From a virus (lineage: Duplodnaviria; Caudoviricetes): a DNA stretch of 60,422 bases. Positions within the stretch are counted from its first letter, which is position 1, and every line of letters begins with the position of its first letter. Below, piece after piece: positions 35,639-44,578 of this stretch. The stretch lies in IMG/VR virus record IMGVR_UViG_3300032047_000013, positions 1-60,422 of that record. One strand, 5' to 3'. Both the position numbers and the translations under genes were made by a program. The notes beneath the pieces were generated by a model, which saw nothing but the letters and a program-made list of their open reading frames with translations, was not told where the DNA came from and searched no databases.

Positions 35639-37036
35639 TTATCCCTTGATAGCAACGTGCTGGTTCGCAGCGCGAGTAATCAAGTTGATTTCAGAGCGGT
35701 AGTGGAACGTAGCAGAGTCCTCACCAGTGTCACCATTGTTGTAGTGACCCAAGACGCTACCAGTTACCCAGTGCTCCATCTCTCTGTTGTAGCCATTAGA
35801 AGCCTTGTAGTTCATCTCCAAAGCTGGGGCCTTAGTACCAGTGCGAGCGTCCGTGACCTGAGTCATTGGAACCATTGCGCCTTGGAACTGAGAAGAGGCA
35901 CCCAACAAAGTAGGATCGTTCAAGAGCTTCCAGTCGTGCTTGTGGAAGGTGTAGCCACCGCGAGTAAACGACTTAAAGCCAAGCTGTACAGCCAAGTCAG
36001 AGTCGTTGTTAAACGCTCCGAACTGACCAGCCAAGCCAGCAGTCACCTGCGTAGCAATACCTCCTGCCAACATGTCGTCGATAGCCAAGGACTGCTTTCT
36101 GTTCAAGTACATAGCGTACTCGGCAGGAGCGCCTTCCTTGTCCAACTCCAAGATGATGTCATCAAACTCAGCAATAGAGTCGAGAGGAGAAGCAGCAGTG
36201 TTAGAAACAACGATACCTCTGTCCTCAATAGCAGAGAAGTAACCTTCAGAGCCAGTGATGTCCTGACCAGCCAATCCAGTCTGACCGAAGAGCATCATCA
36301 TCTCTCTCTTGTCCTCAAAGCGAGCGCGAGTCTCTTGCTCACCCTTCATGTACCATCTGTAGTCACCGTTGCCGATGTTCACCCAGCCGATGTTGGTAGC
36401 TTGAGATCCATTCACCTTGTAGCGCTCCTTCATAATCATGAAAGGATTCACTCTCTTGATGAGATCTGGCTCCATGTAAGCTGAAGGCTGATCGGTTCCC
36501 TGAGCGTACAGGTTACCGAGAACGATAAACTTGGAAGCGTCGCCTTCGTTGGTGAGGGTTCCTCCGTCAAGTGCAGCAATCGTGTACTTCACTGCCAAAT
36601 TTTCGGTAGTAGCTGTGGAGTCTGTCAACGTAGGAGCAGAGCAGAAGAATCTCTGACCGTTAGCAGCAGACATCAAAACGTCATTCTTTCTGACGCCAGC
36701 GCCAGCTGAAATGGTGAGAAGGTTCGCGCCTGTGATTTGTCCTTCGACGATCTTGTGACGACGACCTTCTTCCCAGTACTGTACTTCATCCTGAGTTGCA
36801 GCCGCGTTTACAGCGCCAGTCAACTTCAGAAATCCAGTAATGCCCTGGTCTCCGTAGGTTTTAATCAACAAGTCTCTGTTGTCGGGCTTCGCGTAGGAGC
36901 CGACGAGTTCACCAATAGAGGTGTAAGTGTCTGGGGTAATTTTCAGTGCTGGGTTAACAGAGCCAGAAGCGAGCTTGTTGCCCGATGTTTCTGCCGCTGT
37001 ACCACCAGCTGTTCTACCCGAATTCAAAGTAGCCAT
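35639..37036 (-). CDS. major capsid protein
   Basis: 465 aa; YGDQGITGFL, WEEGR.H, GSQATNIGWV, ETRARFED.REM, GSEG.F.AIEDRG, LGFKSF.RGGYTFHK.DWK.LNDPT; strongly biased codon use. Confidence 0.88.
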   Translation of the reverse strand: MATLNSGRTAGGTAAETSGNKLASGSVNPALKITPDTYTSIGELVGSYAKPDNRDLLIKTYGDQGITGFLKLTGAVNAAATQDEVQYWEEGRRHKIVEGQITGANLLTISAGAGVRKNDVLMSAANGQRFFCSAPTLTDSTATTENLAVKYTIAALDGGTLTNEGDASKFIVLGNLYAQGTDQPSAYMEPDLIKRVNPFMIMKERYKVNGSQATNIGWVNIGNGDYRWYMKGEQETRARFEDKREMMMLFGQTGLAGQDITGSEGYFSAIEDRGIVVSNTAASPLDSIAEFDDIILELDKEGAPAEYAMYLNRKQSLAIDDMLAGGIATQVTAGLAGQFGAFNNDSDLAVQLGFKSFTRGGYTFHKHDWKLLNDPTLLGASSQFQGAMVPMTQVTDARTGTKAPALEMNYKASNGYNREMEHWVTGSVLGHYNNGDTGEDSATFHYRSEINLITRAANQHVAIKG

Positions 37037-37047
37037 AGTAGTCTAGT

Positions 37048-38166
37048 TTATATGTTGAAAGTCATTGGACTTCCACCTCCCATCATAATTTGTTTTAGTT
37101 GATCGGGAACGGAAGCCTCATTTGGTTGTCCCGTGTTTTGGGTTGGGCTTACTGCTCCAACGTTAGCCGCTCTGTCAACCAAACCCCTCTGACCATCACC
37201 CTGTCCTTGGCGATAAGCCGCAGATACGATTTGATCAATGTTGTTTAGGACAGCTCGGTGAGAGTTAAGCATGTCGTAATCCCAGCTACCATCCTCACGG
37301 ATATAAGGATCAAAATAGTTGTCAAGCTTGGAGTTGTTGTCAAATATCTCCTGAAGTTGATTTTGTTCAAGTCCAAAGGTCCACGAGTTTCCGTTGCCTA
37401 GGTCGAACTCCAACCCCTCCATAGATTCTACTTCATCAACAAGCCCACTAATAAAAGCTTCATCAACTATTGGTTCACTATCATCATCCTGCATGTCAGA
37501 CACTTCTGGTTCAAGATATTCAGATCGAATTGCATCAATCTCATCTCTTGCCCGTCCAGCGTCCATCTTAAGCTGAAGATTAGCGAGTCGGACTTCGTCC
37601 TCTGAATAGAGGTCTTCATCCGTTTTGTACTTGCTGCCAACAAGTGTCATTATCTCGTCAGAACTGAGGTTAGGGTAGTCTGTCGCCATCTGAACGCGAA
37701 TAGCGGTCATGTCATCCATTTCGGATGGGTTAAGCGACTGATACGCAAACCAGTCTTGTGGAGATCTGCCAGTGTCCTCAACGAATCGTTGAATGGTGGC
37801 AAGACGCTCGTCAACCTCAAGTGGTTGTGAAAAAGAATCAAGGTCTTCGACTTCTCTCCCAAGCCTTTCGCTTAAGAACGTGAGAACCGCAGCCTCTATT
37901 TCTTCATCAGAGTATTCTTCTTCCTGATTCTGTGAATCTGGTTGCTCTTCGTACACTTCTTCCTGTACGGGAGCTGCCTCAGGGTCCACGTAGCTCGACT
38001 CTTCGAACTGCTCTGGCTCTTCTTGAGGATCAGAAATAAGCGACGCAGCAGCTTCTTCAGTATTGTCAAAAAACTGAAGTCCTGAGCCTTCGCTTTGTTG
38101 CTCAGGAGCTGTCTCCTGAACTTGGTCTTGGGCATTGTCCATGCCCTCAATGGTTTCGTTTTCCAT
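37048..38166 (-). CDS. putative capsid scaffolding protein
   Basis: Very acidic helical protein immediately upstream of the capsid gene. Confidence 0.6.
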   Translation of the reverse strand: MENETIEGMDNAQDQVQETAPEQQSEGSGLQFFDNTEEAAASLISDPQEEPEQFEESSYVDPEAAPVQEEVYEEQPDSQNQEEEYSDEEIEAAVLTFLSERLGREVEDLDSFSQPLEVDERLATIQRFVEDTGRSPQDWFAYQSLNPSEMDDMTAIRVQMATDYPNLSSDEIMTLVGSKYKTDEDLYSEDEVRLANLQLKMDAGRARDEIDAIRSEYLEPEVSDMQDDDSEPIVDEAFISGLVDEVESMEGLEFDLGNGNSWTFGLEQNQLQEIFDNNSKLDNYFDPYIREDGSWDYDMLNSHRAVLNNIDQIVSAAYRQGQGDGQRGLVDRAANVGAVSPTQNTGQPNEASVPDQLKQIMMGGGSPMTFNI

Positions 38167-38188
38167 TTTATTTAAGATTTAGATTTAA

Positions 38189-38539
38189 TTACTTGTATGC
38201 GATCACCTTAGATGAGCCTACGCTTATCTTGGTGAATCTTCCGTACACGGTCATTCCAGAAGCAACAGGAATGTCTATGTCGGCTGTGCCGATAACTTCG
38301 TATATACCAGCAGCGTGGGTGCCAGAAAGAGCACCAGATCCGTCTGACTTAAGGTGAGTGGATCCGTCTGAAGCGTTTTCCGCTAGATACTCAAATATCC
38401 CTCCACCATTAACAGTGACAGACGTACCAGAGATAACGGTAAATGAAGAGAAAAACTCCCCGTCAGATGCAGTCAACACATCACTAGACCCGTCAAGGAC
38501 ATAAGTGTTTCTAGGTATTTTTACTGAAGGATGTGCCAT
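38189..38539 (-). CDS. virion structural protein
   Basis: Beta-rich; C-terminal GMTVYGRFTKISV..VIAY; paralogous to 38539-39213. Confidence 0.55.
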   Translation of the reverse strand: MAHPSVKIPRNTYVLDGSSDVLTASDGEFFSSFTVISGTSVTVNGGGIFEYLAENASDGSTHLKSDGSGALSGTHAAGIYEVIGTADIDIPVASGMTVYGRFTKISVGSSKVIAYK

Positions 38540-39213
38540 TATGCTAGGAATACTATGCAGGTTGTCGCCCCAGAGGTGACAAACTTTATTTCTGTTAGAT
38601 CTGCAAAAACTACTTGGCCGCCAGTAGATGGGGTGATTTCAATGTAGTCGTTGGTTTCGTGAACGTCAGGAACTGGGTTGATGTTTCGATCAGCAACCTT
38701 AACTCTAAATGAGTACTGAACACCAGAGACGGTAAACTTCACCTCAAGGATATCTCCTTCCCTAAAGCCTATATCGTTTCTAAGCTGATCAGCACTGAGG
38801 GTGCCGCTAGTAGTTATAGTGAGAGAGGGAACCCCCTCGGACGTCGTATCTACAGTACCTGCCACAGCCGCAGTAACTGGATTGTTTTGACCTACTACCA
38901 AAAGGACAGAATCAGTAGCCACAGACGACTGACTTACAGGGAGGCCCGAGTAAGACCCAGACACTACATCTACCGAATTAGCAGCAGGAGTGCCAGAGGA
39001 AGAAGTAGAAAGGACTCCAAATCTATCGACAAGCTTAGCCCCTTCAGAAGCTGTATGCCTCTGATAAACACCCTGTCCCTTAAACTTAACAGCAGCAGAT
39101 GTAGTTGTAGCAAAACCATAGGCGCCATCGGGAAGCGAAACACCGTTAGTGGTGCCAGCCTCCGATACGTCAAGGATAATAATCCTTCTTGATGTTTCTG
39201 CTGATGGGTGCAT
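38539..39213 (-). CDS. virion structural protein
   Basis: Ser/Thr/Gly-rich; shares the MxHPS N-terminus and C-terminal pattern with 38189-38539. Confidence 0.55.
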   Translation of the reverse strand: MHPSAETSRRIIILDVSEAGTTNGVSLPDGAYGFATTTSAAVKFKGQGVYQRHTASEGAKLVDRFGVLSTSSSGTPAANSVDVVSGSYSGLPVSQSSVATDSVLLVVGQNNPVTAAVAGTVDTTSEGVPSLTITTSGTLSADQLRNDIGFREGDILEVKFTVSGVQYSFRVKVADRNINPVPDVHETNDYIEITPSTGGQVVFADLTEIKFVTSGATTCIVFLA

Positions 39214-39614
39214 TAGGTGTATCTTATTCCAGAGCTGTCCGTACCAAACACTCCGTACTCCACAAGATCATCTGGAGTCGAAACAATAGCGTGAAAAGAA
39301 GAAGCAACGTCTATTGGAAGAAAAGCAAACTCACCGCCTCTAATCTTAAGAACGGTGTCGTTATTTGTGCTCTCGTACAACGTGACTACGTCAGAATCAT
39401 TTGCCTGAAGGTTTCTTACATAAAGGTAAGCGGAACCAGTTTTATCACCGCCCTTGTATACCACCTCACCGTTAGTTCCGACAACAGTTGAAGCAACCTT
39501 AACCTTTTTAACTGATCCAGAATCAGCTGAAATGTCAGACGACAGCTCCACATTTAGAGGAGAAGACAAGACATCAAGTGACTTCAAAAACAATCTAGCT
39601 GAAACTTTTCCCAT
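39213..39614 (-). CDS. virion structural protein
   Basis: YLYVRN..GGEFAFLP..VEYGVF; paralogous to 39614-40024. Confidence 0.55.
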   Translation of the reverse strand: MGKVSARLFLKSLDVLSSPLNVELSSDISADSGSVKKVKVASTVVGTNGEVVYKGGDKTGSAYLYVRNLQANDSDVVTLYESTNNDTVLKIRGGEFAFLPIDVASSFHAIVSTPDDLVEYGVFGTDSSGIRYT

Positions 39615-40024
39615 TATCCTTCGTAAATAAGCATGTATTCCAGGGTCATAGTAGTAGCTTCGCTTGGAGTGATGGTTACGTCATTTTGCCCAGACCAAGG
39701 AATAAACGCCCAATCTCCAGCATATATGTAACCAACCAATGTTCCGCCAACCTCTACCTGAAAGTACTCAGAGGCAACGTTTGATGTGTTTGCTAGGTAA
39801 AGCTTGTGAGCTTTTTTTGTGGTGCCTGTAAGAGGGGCGTATTCTGCGGCCTGGAAAAGTGTAAACTCAGATTGAGAAGCTGTAGTTTTTCTTCCTACTC
39901 CTGTGGTCTGATCAAGTCCATTAGTGTATCCAGCTTTTGAAATAGCAGAAGATCTGACCAGCGACAAGGCGTCTCCAGTGAGGTCTGAACTTGATAGCTG
40001 TACGGTTGCTGTGGTAGTCGGCAT
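39614..40024 (-). CDS. virion structural protein
   Basis: KLYLAN..AGDWAFIPW..LEYMLI. Confidence 0.55.
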   Translation of the reverse strand: MPTTTATVQLSSSDLTGDALSLVRSSAISKAGYTNGLDQTTGVGRKTTASQSEFTLFQAAEYAPLTGTTKKAHKLYLANTSNVASEYFQVEVGGTLVGYIYAGDWAFIPWSGQNDVTITPSEATTMTLEYMLIYEG

Positions 40025-40053
40025 TTTGGGTGTTTTGGGTGAGTTGCTTTGTG

Positions 40054-40061
40054 CAAATATA
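40054..40061 (-). promoter_or_regulatory. -7 element TATATTTG
   Basis: Intergenic, upstream of ATG 40024. Confidence 0.7.
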
Positions 40062-40065
40062 ACAA

Positions 40066-41118
40066 TTATGAGATAGTCACCTCTATGTCAAGAAAGTTGA
40101 TGGTTCCCGTGCCCGTAGTGTCAATATCATAGTAAACTTTTAGATCGCTGAAGTTTGTCACATTGAAAGTTTTTGTAATAAAAGACGTGACTACGCCAGT
40201 CGAAGAAACAGACACTTCAAATGCAGACTGAAGCACTCTATCGCAGTCAACACGCAAAACACAGGGTTGGGTCAAGTGGGTTTTTATTGACGCATCCACC
40301 TTTACGGTAGCCCCAGTGCTAAGACCACCTATACAAATGTAGTTCCTCTGTCCAGTTCCACGAGTATTGTCCTGGTCGCCAATAGATACTGATCCCTGTA
40401 TAAGTCCGTTTGATATGGATCCGTCAAGAGTTGAATCAGGCAACTCTAATTCTGAATCGTTCCCATTTACTGAAATGTTGTTTACTTCTTGAGCTACGCC
40501 AGAACTAGCCGTAAACTTCCAAACAGAAAGCGGAGCCTGAGAAACCTTAAGCTGGCCCTTTACGTCAACAGTTGAATCTTGAGAATCAGACTTTCCGATT
40601 ATTTTTATCGCCTCCGCAGATTGACCCTGGGTGTTGGCAGTGTTTGATTTCACACTAAGAGTAGTGGTTCCGCCCTCGATTTTTACTTCACTAAGGCCTT
40701 GTTTCATTTGGACCTTATTCTCCTGAACATCAAGCTTGCCTCCTGTGGCGCTGAACTGAACGGATTTTTCGGCTGCAACATCGGTCTTTAGAAGAGCCGA
40801 TATGGGGCTAAGTACCTGATCAAACGTCGCCGTCTTTACGATAGAGCTGGGGTCGTCGTCATCAAGCAAGGAGTCTAGAACGACCTTGAGTCCAGCGCTA
40901 GTGCCCGCATAGCCGTTTCCTGCTTTATTCCTAATCCTTGAGAAAAGAACATTATAAAATATGTAAGCCCCTGTGTAGGAGTCTTTTAGGTGTATGTAGT
41001 CACCATCTCTCTCAGCCTCTAGAGATTCCGCATCATAAAGAGCTGGAGATCCATAAGGTAGCTTTACTGCAATCGCACCAAAGCTCTCATAAATTTTAAA
41101 TAAAGAATCTAGAGGCAT
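40066..41118 (-). CDS. putative fibre/appendage protein
   Basis: Beta-rich 350-aa protein in the fibre cluster. Confidence 0.5.
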   Translation of the reverse strand: MPLDSLFKIYESFGAIAVKLPYGSPALYDAESLEAERDGDYIHLKDSYTGAYIFYNVLFSRIRNKAGNGYAGTSAGLKVVLDSLLDDDDPSSIVKTATFDQVLSPISALLKTDVAAEKSVQFSATGGKLDVQENKVQMKQGLSEVKIEGGTTTLSVKSNTANTQGQSAEAIKIIGKSDSQDSTVDVKGQLKVSQAPLSVWKFTASSGVAQEVNNISVNGNDSELELPDSTLDGSISNGLIQGSVSIGDQDNTRGTGQRNYICIGGLSTGATVKVDASIKTHLTQPCVLRVDCDRVLQSAFEVSVSSTGVVTSFITKTFNVTNFSDLKVYYDIDTTGTGTINFLDIEVTIS

Positions 41119-41119
41119 G

Positions 41120-42694
41120 TTAAATGTTTGATACTGGTGGCGTTATCCATAAAAACCTTAGCTTTTTGAGCTTCGCGTCCCAGAGGCTTTGATCAAGCTG
41201 AGAGGCGACGCCCACCCTGACATCAACGTAGTCTACATCATCACTAATAAACAACTGAAAAGTACTAGTAGTAAATCCTTCCTCTTGAGGGTCGTTCAGC
41301 ATCACGGTGTATTTGTATGAGCCCTGGTCGCCAATACCCCCAATAGGGCCTGAAGGATTTGTAAGAACCATAGTGCTAACCGCCTCTTGAGCGAGGCCTG
41401 GAAAGTACGTTTGTGGATTACACACATCGTAATACAAAACATCATCCTCTATAACCTGAGCACCAGCTCCAATGTCTCCCAAAAGACTAAATGTAGGGCC
41501 ATTCAAATATGTAGAGTTGGCTGCTGGGGCAAAGCCTTGGTTTTGGGAATAAATCCACCCCCTATTCGTACATCTGAAATTCTTAACAGTCCCGTTAGCA
41601 AGAACAGCCGTTCCGTCGAGGATTAAAAAAAGAGGGGTGTGACTTACGTTTGCAATAGACTCTATTGTTGCATCAACCCTAAGGATTCTGTTCGCAAGAC
41701 TACTTTGAGGAGCGTAGCTAGGTCCTTGAAATCTCACGTAATCCTTTTCTGTTTCTGGAGATGGGGATCTGTTGACCGAAAAAGAAGTCCAGCCAAATAA
41801 GTTCTCTTGATTGGAAGTGTCTATGGTTATATTCGCTGGATCGATTGGCCATCTAAAAAAGGCGTGGTCATCAACATTAGCTGCTCTTCCAATAAACTGA
41901 CTGTTAGCTACGGTGTCATCAGGGTAATGATAATGAATCGTATTTAAGTTCAGATATGGCTCATTTGTGTCAAAAGTAACAGAGCATGTAGACGGAGTGT
42001 TTGCCACCGTCGTGCTACCCTGCCCGAATGCAGTCAAGAAGTTTAGCAGGTCGCCCACATTGACGGATCCATCTTGATTAAGATCGTATGGATTTACACT
42101 AGCATCTGGATTTAGGCTTGTTCTAAACTGATATGAATCAACAAAATCTCCAACAATTTGACCCATGACGAAAGTCGGAGAAACAGTTTGAAACTCTCTC
42201 TTGTCTTTCCTCCAAACGAGGAAATCGTAAAGAGTGGGGTTGAGGTCAAAATGAGATTGATCTATTGGGTTGTACTTGTCAAACTGCATACAAAACTCAT
42301 GAAAGTTTGATCGCAGCTGCCAGTCCCTCGCCATGTCAGAAACTGAAGAGTCAAATACAGGGTAAGGATTTCCAGCGTTATAAGTAGTAGTTTCGTCAAC
42401 TCTGCTTATGGCTTGGTAGTAAGTTATAGCGGGCTCATCACTTCCATTAGGATCCTCTGCCGTAACGATGGCACCCTGAACCATTTGATTTCTAGGAGGA
42501 GCTATAGAGTTCTCTATATAGGCGGGTGCGCTAACTCCATTATTGTCAAGAACAGAAAAAGACCCCCTAAGGTGATACACACCTCTGACAGGATTGAAAT
42601 CATTTAAAACGCCTATATCACTAGCCTTTGCTATGTCTAGGACTAAACCATCATCAAATGATGGTTGTACTATGTCACCCGTCTTTATTGGCAT
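41120..42694 (-). CDS. putative fibre/receptor-binding protein with an internal dockerin-like motif
   Basis: MPIKTGD N-terminus; YDLNQDGSVNVGDLLNFLTAFG. Confidence 0.55.
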   Translation of the reverse strand: MPIKTGDIVQPSFDDGLVLDIAKASDIGVLNDFNPVRGVYHLRGSFSVLDNNGVSAPAYIENSIAPPRNQMVQGAIVTAEDPNGSDEPAITYYQAISRVDETTTYNAGNPYPVFDSSVSDMARDWQLRSNFHEFCMQFDKYNPIDQSHFDLNPTLYDFLVWRKDKREFQTVSPTFVMGQIVGDFVDSYQFRTSLNPDASVNPYDLNQDGSVNVGDLLNFLTAFGQGSTTVANTPSTCSVTFDTNEPYLNLNTIHYHYPDDTVANSQFIGRAANVDDHAFFRWPIDPANITIDTSNQENLFGWTSFSVNRSPSPETEKDYVRFQGPSYAPQSSLANRILRVDATIESIANVSHTPLFLILDGTAVLANGTVKNFRCTNRGWIYSQNQGFAPAANSTYLNGPTFSLLGDIGAGAQVIEDDVLYYDVCNPQTYFPGLAQEAVSTMVLTNPSGPIGGIGDQGSYKYTVMLNDPQEEGFTTSTFQLFISDDVDYVDVRVGVASQLDQSLWDAKLKKLRFLWITPPVSNI

Positions 42695-43043
42695 CCTCTA
42701 TGGTTATGAATTCTGAACATCCAATCAGATCTTCAGCAGCCACAGAGATGTCAGAACACTTTGAGAGGTCAATGGTTTCAAGAGACACGTCAACATCAGT
42801 GTCCAAAAGCTCATCAAGTTCTTTCTGGAAGGCCTGGGTCTTCTCTTTTGCTTCTTTAGAATCTGAGTCCTTTATAGCGTTTAACTCGTTTGCTCTTTTT
42901 TCCCTCTCTTTGTAGAAATTGTCTACCACTACGATTAGACTAGAAACGTTTTTGGCGATCCCGAAGCTAACGGCCAGAGGCATTTTGTTTTTAGACAAAG
43001 AAACTAGGCTCTTGTGAGCCTGGAGGCAATTTAATACTTTCAT
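42675..43043 (-). CDS. small helical protein, possibly a fibre-assembly chaperone (DUF1617-like)
   Basis: L..LS..KMPL.VSF.IAKN..L..E..ELLD.DVDV pattern. Confidence 0.5.
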   Translation of the reverse strand: MKVLNCLQAHKSLVSLSKNKMPLAVSFGIAKNVSSLIVVVDNFYKEREKRANELNAIKDSDSKEAKEKTQAFQKELDELLDTDVDVSLETIDLSKCSDISVAAEDLIGCSEFITIEDANKDG

Positions 43044-43061
43044 TTAATTGTTTTTGTTACA

Positions 43062-43069
43062 CAAATATA
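43062..43069 (-). promoter_or_regulatory. -7 element TATATTTG
   Basis: Intergenic, upstream of ATG 43043. Confidence 0.7.
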
Positions 43070-44560
43070 TCAAAAAACAATTACAATGTCAAAGATTTCT
43101 CCAGCCGTCAAGTCCGCCTGTTTCAGCTCAATAACCAAGTCGCCCGTGGAGCTTGAAGGGAGGACCTCCGCTCCAAACAACTCCTGACGTATTGGGACGG
43201 CCACGGACGACGACTGTGAGTGCTTGTAAACAGAAACTGACATAACGTTCAGTGGATCAAATCCAGTAGCGCCGCTTGGGATGTCTATCGTAAGGCGTTT
43301 TGACGTGGCATTAGTGTCAGTGCAGAAAGCCCTGATATTCATTATTCTAGCCGCCCTCACCTTATTGAAGGTTTCAAATCCATTATTAGTGGTGGTGGCC
43401 AAAAGAGTGTTACCTAAAACAGATGTCTGAGTGTTTCCATCCTGAGCCATCGACTGGTTACTAGTGATTGGGCTTGCTAAACTATCTATATCATAGTCGG
43501 AGCCTGCGTTTCCAAACTCATGATAAGTAAACGCCGTCTTTGGGGTCAAGTAGTAGTGATCAAAAGGATCGTTCCCCGTAGCAGTAAAGTAAGCATCGGT
43601 AAAATCTGCAGTCTCTAGAACAGGCACGTTAGGTGTTGCTTCAGCATGAGCTACCTCAGAGTATACGGCGGTTGCGTCTGACGTAGGCGCAGTGAAATGA
43701 GATTTTCTCCAGTGGCTGTCGGCTGCGTCCCAAAAGATACCGACCTGAAGAAAGTCAGACCCAGTTGTCTGCCCATACTGAACCAAGAATCCACCCTGTG
43801 CTGATGCTGCGTTATACGTTCCAGCTGGATCCTGAGTGTTTCCGTCGTTAGACTTGATGTACTGATTGGTTACATCAAGAGAAGAAGAAGTGGTGTTGGA
43901 TCCTTGAGTGAGGTTCCCCGTTACGGTGAAGTCACCTGTAAACGTTCCAGTATCAAGAGTTCCGTTTGAAGTAACCTGAAGGGGAGAAGGCCTAAACTGC
44001 CCATCGCTATCCCACATAGGGATGTTCATGTCGTCGCCATTGTCCATGTCGTAGGTGCTGCTAAGGCCCCCAGAGTCCCCCTCCCCCTTAAGCTTAAGCC
44101 TAAAGGTGTCATTTACGTCAGGCGTAATATCAGTCCTTTCGTTTGAAAGGGCAACGCTGAGACCGCCAGTATCATCAGCCCCAACTCTTACAACAGGTAC
44201 AGAAAACTGGTTGGTGTCGTCGGTGACTGGTGAGGCCTCTGTGCCTGGAAGCTGAATAGCTACATTAGCCTCAAGGTCGCCCAAGTAATCCCTGAGAGGC
44301 TCCCATGATGACCCGTTGTAGACCCTAAACTCCTCAGCACCAGTATCATACCCCAAAGAAGTCATAGACCTCAGGGTAAATAGCCCGCTGGCTGCACTAA
44401 GGTAGGAGTCAAGGGACCCTGCAATCTTAAGACCCCCTCTAACCTCTTGAGTGTCCAAGAGAGGGTTTACAGCTAAATTACTGTCTGCTGTTGATTGTTC
44501 AAATCCACTACCCCCATGGGTTATTTGTCCCCCAAAAACTATATTTGCTGGTCCTGGCAT
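43070..44560 (-). CDS. putative tail fibre/spike protein
   Basis: GDFTVTGNLT..TTSSSLDVTNQYI..GIFWD..W pattern typical of phage fibres. Confidence 0.6.
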   Translation of the reverse strand: MPGPANIVFGGQITHGGSGFEQSTADSNLAVNPLLDTQEVRGGLKIAGSLDSYLSAASGLFTLRSMTSLGYDTGAEEFRVYNGSSWEPLRDYLGDLEANVAIQLPGTEASPVTDDTNQFSVPVVRVGADDTGGLSVALSNERTDITPDVNDTFRLKLKGEGDSGGLSSTYDMDNGDDMNIPMWDSDGQFRPSPLQVTSNGTLDTGTFTGDFTVTGNLTQGSNTTSSSLDVTNQYIKSNDGNTQDPAGTYNAASAQGGFLVQYGQTTGSDFLQVGIFWDAADSHWRKSHFTAPTSDATAVYSEVAHAEATPNVPVLETADFTDAYFTATGNDPFDHYYLTPKTAFTYHEFGNAGSDYDIDSLASPITSNQSMAQDGNTQTSVLGNTLLATTTNNGFETFNKVRAARIMNIRAFCTDTNATSKRLTIDIPSGATGFDPLNVMSVSVYKHSQSSSVAVPIRQELFGAEVLPSSSTGDLVIELKQADLTAGEIFDIVIVF

Positions 44561-44578
44561 TTTGTTCTTTTTTAATGT

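Noticed and set aside
35657-36484. 275-aa plus-strand ORF
   Set aside because: Antisense shadow of the codon-biased major capsid gene; no protein-like features.
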